In this document: positions 27,070-37,241 of the stretch, one piece after another
Layout: every line of letters starts with the position of its first letter
How positions within the stretch are numbered: the first letter of the stretch is position 1
NCBI GenBank assembly: GCA_043228905.1
Contig: JBHGNT010000009.1
Span: 15,376,001 to 15,440,000, forward strand
Length of the DNA: 64,000 bases
Source of the DNA: Azolla caroliniana
Taxonomy: Eukaryota; Plantae; Polypodiophyta
Reading direction: 5' to 3'
Made by a program: the position numbers and the translations under genes
Notes under the pieces: generated by a model
Database searches by the model: none
Seen by the model: only the letters and a program-made list of their open reading frames with translations
What the model was told of the DNA's origin: nothing

Positions 27070-27862
27070 TGTTACGGGCATGACCACAAATTATCCTGTG
27101 GTAAGTTATACCGTAGTATTCTACACAAGAGGATAAAGTGTGAGGGTTAATCGAGAGAGTAAAGAAGGGAGGATTACTTTTAATCCTAGGAATTGAGACA
27201 ACCCATAAGGGCCAAGTGTGAACTTGCCTAGGGACCTTAGGCCTGGCTATAAATATGAGGCCTAGCTACCCTCGTGAGAGACATCATTTGACTTTGTCGA
27301 GATTCTAATCTTGTGGTGGTCAAACTTTTGTAGCGAGCGCACCAATACCAAGTACGACTTGATGCTACGATGGTGGTATGGGATGCTAATCAAGGCTCAA
27401 GTCCGTCTCAATCCCTTCGCGCGAGGGTGGTCGGGTAGATCAACACCCTTCTTTCTCTCTCTTTTCTTATTTATCTATATTATATTTCCTTATTTCATGC
27501 TTACATTACGATTAAGCTCTACCATTTGGACTCGATCCCTTCGCTCGACGTCCATACCACCGCCTTAGCATCAAGTCGTACTTGGTACTGGCGCGCTCGC
27601 TACAAGAGTTTGACCACCACAAGATAAGAGTCTCGATGTAATCGAATGATGTCTCTCATGAGGGTAGCTAGGCATCATATTTATAGCCGGACCTAAGGCC
27701 CCTAGGCAAGTTCACACTTAGCCCTTATGGGTTGTCTCAATTCTTCGGATTAAAAGTAATCCTCCCTTCTTTACTCTCTCGATTAACCTCACATCTTATC
27801 CTCGTGTGTAGAATACTATGGTATAACTTATCATAGGATAATTTATGGTCATGAATGTAACA
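27070..27862. mobile_element. Fold-back element with about 335-bp inverted arms, TG...CA ends and 5-bp TSD
   Basis: TGTTAC at 27070, GTAACA at 27862; arms about 27070-27405 and 27528-27862 are near reverse complements; flanks CCTCA / TCTCA. Confidence 0.85.
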
Positions 27863-28347
27863 TCTCAAGTCATATCCATATTCCTCCTCCATATAATAGC
27901 TTTCATTCTTTCTATTTCATCTCAATACACAACTTCACAACATCACTAAACTCCATAAGGAGGTTGAGATGCCAATGTCATAATACAGGCCATCTCTTTG
28001 TATAGACAAAGCTTTAGGTGCTAAGATTCAAACTTAAGAATAAACAGCCTAGATTGTATGCCAAGTTACTTGAATGATCATTAAGTTATCAGGTTAGAAT
28101 AACATAATATCAGCCTTAAAACCTTCTATTCTTCCACGAAAGAATAATGGCTTACTGGTATAGCTTTATGGCACGTTCTCAGATTGTTGTATCTAGATAG
28201 GAGCTATAGCCTACAAAATAACTTTCAATAACACAATTGTGTCCTGATGCACACCCAAAATTCCTAGAGAATTTTAGCATGTATAACTGCAGCTTTAAAA
28301 CCTTAAAAATAGATTGAATAAAAGGAGTCAGCCATGTTGAAACTTAC

Positions 28348-28410
28348 AAAGGCTGTAAGATCTGCAGTACTCTGCCCTGTCTCTCCAGATTCTCCATGGT
28401 TTCTTCCGTC
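28348..28410 (-). CDS. HSBP: HSBP coding exon 2
   Basis: CAG|DGRNHGESGETGQSTADLTAF|GTAAGT; matches the plant HSBP N-terminal QSTADMTAF motif. Confidence 0.92.
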
Positions 28411-29009
28411 CTGATTTAGTTAGACTCATTAATCAATCATGATTCTATGATGATATCAAAATAATCTAGTAGGAATTCAGGGTTAAAAAAAGAAAGTCAG
28501 ATTTAAAGCATTCCCTAAGCAGACAAGTGTTTTCTACAACTGAATCAAGATGTTATTCCTGCATTTAGAACTCTGTAGGATTATTCTACATATGTGGCCG
28601 AATTCAATCTCTCCTAGAAATGGTTGAAGACCTACATAATCTGTTACTATAACACCTAATACTTGATTACATCAATATAAAAGTCAAAACATAGCCAAGA
28701 AACTTGTAGCTATAAGTTAGAACAGTGGGTAGCCTTAAGTGAACATATTTTTCTTTATACATGAAAATACCTTGCATTAGATGTTGAACCAGTTTGAGCT
28801 CATGACACCAAATGTAAAACAGAATTTTCAAAAGGTATGTCACCGAATAAATAACGAATTCATGATAGATTTTTAGGAGCATTGCAATCGGGTTCCTTGA
28901 GCATGGAGTATAAAACCCAACTGCAATTACAATTACTTACCTTCTTTAACAGATTAACTAGCTTAATATCCAAGATCTTTTTTCCTCATGACTCAACAAT
29001 AACATTTAT

Positions 29010-29606
29010 GTGTACATGGGCACCCTTGGGAAGCAAAATGCGACATCCTAACTCAAGTGCACATAGATCAGGCAAGAAATCATATCATAGCTATTAAACT
29101 TGACGAGGATAGGGAATGCACAATAAACCGAAAGCAGAAAGGGAACAATGGAAACAACAAGGAATTTATATAAAAAGGAGTCCCTGACTGCAGTTACAAC
29201 AGGTGGATGACACAAGGAAAATGTAAGCACATGCGATCCTCCGCAAACAGATACATAGATGACGATAACTTCAAGTGCTTTGATAGCTCACTCACTAAGT
29301 TAGTTTATATATAGGCTTACTAACCCAATCGCCACACAAAACTGAAGCCTTAAATCCTTAATTGCGCACACAGCCAAGAGCCTTAATGGTATGGTTCAAC
29401 CAACACTTCCCCTCAAGCGCTTTATCCTCCCAGCCACCATTTTACCCGATCTCCCAGATTCCGACATTATCATTTCATTCTGTGGACCCCTGCATCAATC
29501 TTTTGCCCAAATTCGAACATCACCTATCTCATCCTCTTCCAGTAACTGGCTCTCAACATCGATTCTCCTTAGTCATTTCTTTATCCGGTCAAGCCCAAGA
29601 TCCTTC
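29010..29606 (-). mobile_element. Old LTR plus PPT fragment
   Basis: Minus strand GCTTGAGGGGAAG|TGTTG at about 29405-29418; left boundary uncertain. Confidence 0.4.
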
Positions 29607-32600
29607 ATAGATAGATAGATATACAGATTATATTATCGTTTTCGGACGTCAAATATGACCTATGAGACCAAAAATATTACATTTCACATGATACGTATGA
29701 AAGTGAGTAGTGACTCTCGATGTTCAAGAACTTTACAAATGAATGTTGCAATTGAGAGTGCACATTGTGTTTGTGAGAGAAATTTATGCAAGGATTGGCT
29801 CGGTCAAAGAGATGTGGAAAGCATGGTCGAATATGATCAAAGGCAGAGCATTATATCAAAGTGTGATACTCAGACTCGCAAACTTGTTTACGGCAAAGTG
29901 TGCATAGCCGACCACTCTCATCACTTGTGCCCCAACGGCTTGTCTCACATTGCAATGCATGTGAGCTAAGTCGCATGGAAGCAATGGTTTGAATGGCATA
30001 TAACGGTATGGGCTCTAACATATATCGATGTGTATGGTTTCCCCGTTCCGCAAAGAATATGGTTTTGTAGTTAGGTGCAACATGTGTAGTATAATGTGTG
30101 AAGTGTGAGCCTCCACATTTGTCCCATGTCATGATACATTGGCATTGCAAAAAGGCCTCATTTACAGAGGATTCTAGTGATGCATCATGATACAAGTGTC
30201 TCGCATCCCATCTACCAAACCATTTTTCTATATCTTGAATCCAACCGGAACACAAAATTTTACTTTTATGTGGCTTTTGGATCTTTTTCCTTGCTTCCCA
30301 TGCAATTCTAGGAAGTCGATATGAGGGACTTTTTTGAACCTTAAGCATGTATTCAACAACCCTTTCCATGGCCATGATCTCAATGGGAAGCGATCCGTCT
30401 CAAGGAGGAGGAAGGTGTATGTCATTTGTTTCTTAACTTGTAGAAACTTTATAAGAAAATGGTTTTGAACATTTTCAAACTCTTTCCACATAGATTTAGG
30501 GATACTACCGTCCCATACTTCCACCCCATAGAGAGGAACCGGTGTCACCAAAGTGTCGAAAAGATATTTCTTGAGGACCCAACACTTAATATCTCCAAGA
30601 TTGCATGTGTTCTCAAATGCATAGTATGCTCGCTTACCCGCCTCTAAGCAGCATGTAGCACATTCATTCCATATATGATATTTGAAACTTTCCACACATT
30701 TAAGTGGCTCATTATTGTACGTAATGCATGGTTTATCTCTTTTTTGGCTCTTCACAAGCATAATCTTTGTTTTAGAGCTATTGACACTTAATTTAGTATG
30801 TATGCAAATTTTTTCCAATGCCTTCATAAGCTTTTGTGCATGTCCTAAAGTATTTGCAAAAAACACTACATCATTTGCATATAGCAAAAGCATAATCACA
30901 ACATTCCCAATGGCAACTTCTTCAACACATTCTTCCTTTGCAAACTTGGTAACCAGTTCTTCCAATTCATCAATGCATAGACCAAATAGTGCTGGTGAGA
31001 GTGGGCATCCTTGCTTAACACCAATAATGCTTTTGAAATAATCTGAAAGTCTATCTCTCATATGCACATAATATATAACCTTCTCATAAATTCGGGACAT
31101 TGCAAGCATATATTCACTTGGCACTTCAAGTTCTTCCAATCGTCTCCAAAGATGCTCAAGAGGTATCATATCAAAAGCTTTATTGAAGTCTACAAAGCAA
31201 CAATATAAACCTTTACCTCTAAGGCGACTTTCCTCCATTAATACTTGAAGGGTGACAAGGTGATCAATGGTGCTATGATGTTTTCGAAAGCCAGCTTGTC
31301 CATAAGCTCTCTTACCATTTTTTTAGCCCATACAGTTATCTTCGATTCCATTATATATCCAAATAGTTTTGCCATTAATGAGCCAACCATGATGATTCGA
31401 TAGTTGTTTACATTATTTATATCTCCACCTTTATGTAAAGATTTGATCCAATTTGTAGTCCAATCGTATGGCATACCATGTTGCAATGCATCATTAAACA
31501 TATCGTTTATCCATACATGTGCTTCCTTTCCTATCCATTTGAGCATTTCAACCTTTATACATTGAAGATCGTTTGCCTTTCGGGAGGCCAATTTTTTAAG
31601 TCCTATGCATATATCTTCAATTGTAAAGAAGGGAGACATATGTGAAAGAGAACCATAACACATCATCTTTCCGGTAAGAGATAACTCATATAAATTCTTA
31701 CAATGCATAGACAAGTCGTGAAGAGTTAAGTCACCATAACTCTCAACACGTTTCCCCTTTAAATTTCCCCAAAATGTAGCACATGCATGTGCTTTCTCTT
31801 GCATTTGGATAAATTGTTGAGTAACTTCCCATATTCTTCTCTTTCTTTGAATAAGCCTTTTATACTCATGCAAATGCTTTTGGTAATTCTCTTTATCCGT
31901 AACTACATCCAAAACCATAAAGCACTTTTGAGCTTCACGACATTCTTCATCAAACCATTTTTTCCTAAGTTTCTTGGTGCATTTCCAAGATGTGCGGTGG
32001 GTCGAAAAACATTTATTTGTACAGGAGAGAATGACTTTCTTGAAAGCTTCCCATTTGCATTCTAGTGTGGCACCATGTTATATCTTTGTCATTTGTAACA
32101 TATCCTCAACCATCTTAGAATACATGGGCACTCGCTTAAGGTTCATGCTCAAGTGTGATTGTTTATTATCTTCCATAGCCTTCTCACAATCAAACCTATG
32201 CATACATTTGAGATCAATAGAAGTGAGAATTTATGTATACAATCAAAAATACCTTCGGAAAGTAGCACATAGTCAATCACACTATTTCCATTGTGTTTTC
32301 TACATGTAAAACCATTATTATTGGGCCATAAGGAAATACTATGTGCAATAAGCAATCCAGTACTATTACACATTTGTAGGAGTAACTTCCCAAATTGGTC
32401 TGGATCTTTTTCATCGCTAGAAGAACGGTTATACATTTGCATATCCTCTTGCATCCTTGAGATATGTGGCATGAAAGATTCTTGTGAATCAAGTTGGAAA
32501 CTTCTTGTACAAGCATTCATGTCACCAAAGACAATAACTTCCCTTTTGGATTTGAAATAAGCAATATCATCTTCTAGATTGGCAAAAGGTTGATCTTTAT

Positions 32601-33560
32601 CCAAACAAGCATAAAAGTTAGAATCTTGATGAGGAATGTAACATCCAACTACAAAAGTGGGCAAATTATTAGGTGTTTCTATTTTGAGCCATATGTAGCA
32701 TTTATGTTCATCATTTTTTATGATTGACACATATTTCTCTATTTCCTTCTTAATCAAACATGCCACCCCTCCTTGTCCTCTTCTTTGTCTTGGATTTTTC
32801 TCCCATATCGAAGAGTGCACATTATAGTTTCCTAAACCTTGAATCCTTTGAGTATCATGCTCCCATGTTTCAACAAGAAGTGTGATATCCGAGTCGTCGG
32901 TGAACTCCTCTATGCCAAATCCCACATTCCATGGGTATCCATTGCAGTGGGTTAGTCTCATAGGTCACATGTCCCTATTTGCCTACATTTCCATCTTTAG
33001 GCACATCCTTAACCATATTTTTCAATCTTTCTTCATATGCTTTACGACGAGCATTTTGTTGTGAGATAGTACGATTTTCACTCAAAAAGCATTGCGTACC
33101 TTTGAGGTATACCCAACTATTTTCAAGTATGATCCGCCGCTTTGTATCATTTGTCATTGTGCATACAATAGGCCTTTCTCTGAAGCAAGTAACACCATGT
33201 TTCCCAACTCGATGTGCCCCATATACATTCACATCTGACATCCCATAATGCATGCTAAAAATTCACCAATGACCTTTCCAAGGGATGCGGGTGTTTCCAT
33301 ACTCTCTTCTTTAATCCCACAGACGACAATGTTCTTTGATCGTCGTTCACGTTCTTTCAATTCTCGAACATCTATGCTTTCTATATTCTTCTCTTGATGC
33401 ATCACATGCATATTAAATGAGTTTGATACCACATCCCCACCACATACATCGGCCCATGACTTCGTTGTACATACATTTTTCATCTCACTTACATCCCGCC
33501 TCATCGTGTTCTATTTTTCTTCTTTTAATGCTTCCTTTAACTCAATCTTGTTAAGGCACT
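29607..33560 (-). mobile_element. Near full-length degenerate LINE (APE endonuclease, RT, C-terminal zinc knuckle, ORF1; RTE-X-like) in HSBP intron 1
   Basis: ORF1 fragments 32975-33504; EN (LLVETW, GDMNA, SVIDY) 32149-32961; RT (GVKQGCPLSP, LLYANDVV) 30228-31918; RLCTLC..E.EYH 29851-30375; (TATC)n tail at 29607-29622. Confidence 0.88.
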
Positions 33561-33869
33561 CATATCTAATCGACTTTTACTCTGTTCCTTTTAGATGTTA
33601 GGGAGACACTCAACTACTACTTGAGTATCCTAAACCCTAAATGAAAACTATATTCAGAAGTAGACCTTATGTCCTCAACTCACCAACCACATCCAATCAA
33701 AATCTCTAGTAAACATGGTCCCTAGGGACAAAGTTCGTGGAAAATACAACCACACCCTTCAGGTACATTAAAACATACATCTCAACTTACCATGACTCTT
33801 TTCCAAATATGCCATGAGATTTGCCAACACTTGCACTGGATAGGACAAATTTGTCCACTCTTCACCTTT

Positions 33870-34290
33870 CTCTTCCATTCTTTATCAGATTCAGATTGAA
33901 ATCCATCAATGAAAGCTGATTTGAAGTCCTCATTCTAAAACCTTTAAGAATTAAGGAGGCATACTCGACCTGAGCAGCAAATATTTCTCTTTCAAATAGA
34001 GACACCTCTAATTGCAGACATAAAAGCACATATTCCATCATATCGAAATCAAAACTCTACTCCTGCATGAACTGACCCAAAAAGCCACTTCCATGCAGTC
34101 ATGATCATTATCATCCACAACACTATGATAGTAATTTGTTCACCTTTTGTTTTGACATAGAGGGTCCCATCAACTACACACCTCCTACATCCTCTTTCAA
34201 TGAGGAATCTATCAAACCACTCATACAATGCCCTTAATGGTTGATTCAGTCCATACATCTTTAGCCTCAAATCCCTAGATAGCAAGCATA
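33870..34290 (-). mobile_element. Old copia RT fragment
   Basis: YGLNQPLRALYEWFDRFL...DGTLYVK resembles copia [15 protein letters not shown]. Confidence 0.65.
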
Positions 34291-34344
34291 CTATGATCCC
34301 CCAAATTTGTCACACTGACATACATCCAATAAACAATGAGTGGT

Positions 34345-34770
34345 AACCTTAGTTCTGTTATATATCAAGGCCATTCAATCTATCGTTGAATTGATATGGG
34401 CATCGCTCATTCAGATCCTGCAGTTGTCAGCCTATGCTTATCATCAAGGACTGAAGAACCTTATATGTGGAAACCTGATGTGCTGTCAAACCTGTTGTGC
34501 TGTAGAGCAACCCAAAGGCAATGTCAATGTGTCTCCTGTTCACGGCTGCAGTAGGGGCAAGCTGGCAGCCTCCTATGGAACAGTGTATATTGACAACATC
34601 CATGAAACTGGCTGAACAAACATCAAGGGGAAAATATTTAATGCAATACACCAGTTGGCCCCAAAGCTGAGTGTCGTCGTATATATTTCCTTATTTCAGC
34701 CAACGGAGAAAAAACTCCCAGAATTATAAATCTGCAAGAGTTTCCAAACCAGTCACCCTTGCTGCTGAAA
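34345..34770 (-). other. Structured intronic element (three-way junction, AG acceptor, long hairpin)
   Basis: Stems TTTCAGC/GCTGAAA (34694-34770) and TGTCAAT/ATTGACA, CTGTTC/GAACAG, GGCTGC/GCAGCC (34520-34599); from memory it resembles the conserved intron element of plant RS-subfamily SR genes. Confidence 0.5.
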
Positions 34771-35087
34771 AGACATCGTATCAAAATCACAAAGATTTTA
34801 ATTTTATGGGATTTTCAGTCAGTAGCATTTAAAGCTTAGGGTCAATACAGGATTCTGATCTGAGACATAATTCTTGATCTGAAAACAGTCATTGGAAACC
34901 CTAATTTCTGAGATCAAGGAGAAGCACAGTTGATGTTGGCACTTATGAGACATTATTCTCCTTGTTCAAAAAATTGGGCTCCAACATTTCAAAGGAGTGT
35001 GGATCTCCATGGCCCGTCCATCCTAGGAACGGAAGAGAGAGTTATCTCATGCCAAGCCAGTTTGGCTTGGATTGTTGAGCTGTCATC

Positions 35088-35165
35088 CCATTCAGACCAA
35101 TAGGAAGTTCCTAATCAGCCCCACTAGTGAGCTTGACCAAAGCAAGATTGGGATTCATCATTCTA
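35088..35165 (-). ncRNA. Candidate box C/D snoRNA with a 25S rRNA guide (snoR18-like)
   Basis: C box AUGAUGA (35155-35161), C'-like UGAUUA, D box CUGA (35092-35095) preceded by UUCCUAUUGGU, antisense to 25S ACCAAUAGGGA. Confidence 0.55.
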
Positions 35166-35687
35166 TGATCATCACACCCCAAATACACAGACTGTAAAAA
35201 GTTCACGGAGCAGTCATTCAACGACGATCTTCGTTTTCAAAATGATATATAGTATGCATGAATATTTCTGATACCCTCAAATTCGGTAGATCGTGAACAT
35301 GGACATCATCACCATGGAAACGAGAAAAGAATGGGAATCATTACCGAAGAAAAGACTATGGTTTCCTTATTCAGCAGATTCAACATTTCTGAAACCCTAG
35401 AAGTGGAGGAGATCATGAACAGAAGAAAGATAACCATGGTAAAGAAAAAGAAAGCATTTGATTTTCGGAGCATTCAATCGAAAAATGCTTCGTTATTGGA
35501 TTCATGCCTAAATAATGATAATGATCAGGAATGTTAAGCATGAAAAAATTAAGGCAGAGAAAGGAAAGCACCTCCGAATTTTACGTTTCCGACAATTAAA
35601 AGGACACAGAATGGAGAAGGGAAAGGATGCCAAGAAGTCAACATGGCCATTACACAATGACAAGAGAAGGAAGGAAGGAAGAAATAC

Positions 35688-35840
35688 CATGGATGATGAA
35701 GACTTCGCTTCGCTGGATGAAAGATCTCCGACAAGTAGAGACGCGCAGATCTCAGTAGCTCTTCTGAAGCAAACAGCTACGCTAATGGAGAAGGAAAGCA
35801 GAGATTGTTGCACGCGAGAGAGAGAGAGAGAGAGAGAGAG
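35688..35840 (-). CDS. HSBP: Probable HSBP exon 1: 5' UTR plus the initiator ATG only (35688-35690)
   Basis: CT-repeat-led UTR ending TCCATG|GTATTT; phase 0 joins exon 2 as M-DG. An alternative ATG|GTAAGT exists at 33791-33793. Confidence 0.6.
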
Positions 35841-37241
35841 AATTATGTGATATTTTGGGGAACTATCAAAACCCTTTGTTTTAGAGAGAAATCATTTCTC
35901 TCTTTCCCTCTATAAACACAAAGGGTAACTAAATATGCCACTTTTGTTGTAAACCAATTGTCTCATGGGCCCAAGTTTGGTATTAGAAGACGTTAATATA
36001 TCTTTCTTCCTCTCTATCTCTTTGGCTTTTTGTTTTTTTTTTTGGTGAAAGTGTGTGAAAAAGACACTTACTTATGATGGGTGTCACAATGGGTAGTGGA
36101 ACGTGTCGAATTGTCACTTGTAAAAACGGTGTTGGACATTGTAAACACCAATCAATATACGATTGTTCTTCTGTTTGTAAAGGTAAAGGACCTTGCATCA
36201 ATGCAATATTTTGTAGTTGTTGCCCGATACACCCATAAATAGGCGGGATAGATAATGATTGCCGCACTTCAACAAACTCCAAAATTCTTTGAGATGAAGC
36301 ATGAGCTATATCTCCCACCTCTATAGCCCCCAAATGAAACAAACGATTAAATTGAGAGTGCAATCTCTCATTTTCATACCAACATAATAACCTAGAAGAC
36401 ACAAGTAACTCTTTTTGCAAAGAACTACAGTGTTCTCTACTAGATTATGGTTTCTATATACATAAAGAGAGCGCTTCTTGCCATGAGATAACCAAGTGTT
36501 GAACACATGAAGAACCAAAATTTTTAAGTGAAATACATCCATTCAGTAATTGTCACCATGAGCCTTAATCGTTGTCCTCCCATGTGTTAAACCCTTGTTC
36601 TCAATGAAATATTAAACAATAGATATCCATGGTTGTGAGTTTAAACACATGTCTTTCAATAATGAAAACCTTTGAGCCATCATATGCATAGATACATCCA
36701 ATATGCCAACTCCCCCAAGCACTTAGGGGTTGTTAGATGATTCCACACAACTCATGTGCTTCCCATCTTATCCCTCGTCCTCTACAACAAATATCGAAGA
36801 GGTTGCAACACATAATGCGAAGACAAGTTCTTGTTGAGAAATGGACCATAGATGGACAAGAAAGATAGACTGAAATGTACAAAACAAAAAACAAATATAC
36901 ACAATACACAAAGATTTATGTGGAAACCCTAGACAAAGGGAAAAACCACAAGGCAACAAATCTTCAGTATATGATAGAGATACAGAGAAAAGGAATAGAT
37001 TACAAAGACTCTGCTAAATAGAGTATTCACCCCTTAGGGTTTTGGCAAGTTCACCTCACTTTGCCTACTCCACGCTTTCACATGTCTAACCTTCTTCACT
37101 CTAATTCTCTATCTATTTGTTCTTCTATGTTCTACTCCTTCTCACCGTTGCACACTTCTGCAACACTCTCTTTCTCCCACACATATAGTTTGCCCTAACT
37201 CCACATATTTATAGAAGGAATATGTTATTATTATATCATAA

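Noticed and set aside
34990-35030. snR30/U17 m1/m2-like motifs (TTCCTAG, GCCAT)
   Set aside because: Partial matches with the wrong spacing to the ACA box.
35508-35850. ORFs of 101 and 111 aa
   Set aside because: Low-complexity 5' UTR and intron 1 sequence of HSBP; no recognisable domain.
35983-36800. Minus-strand ORFs of 145 and 73 aa upstream of HSBP
   Set aside because: No motif recognised; probably decayed TE sequence, and no call can be supported.
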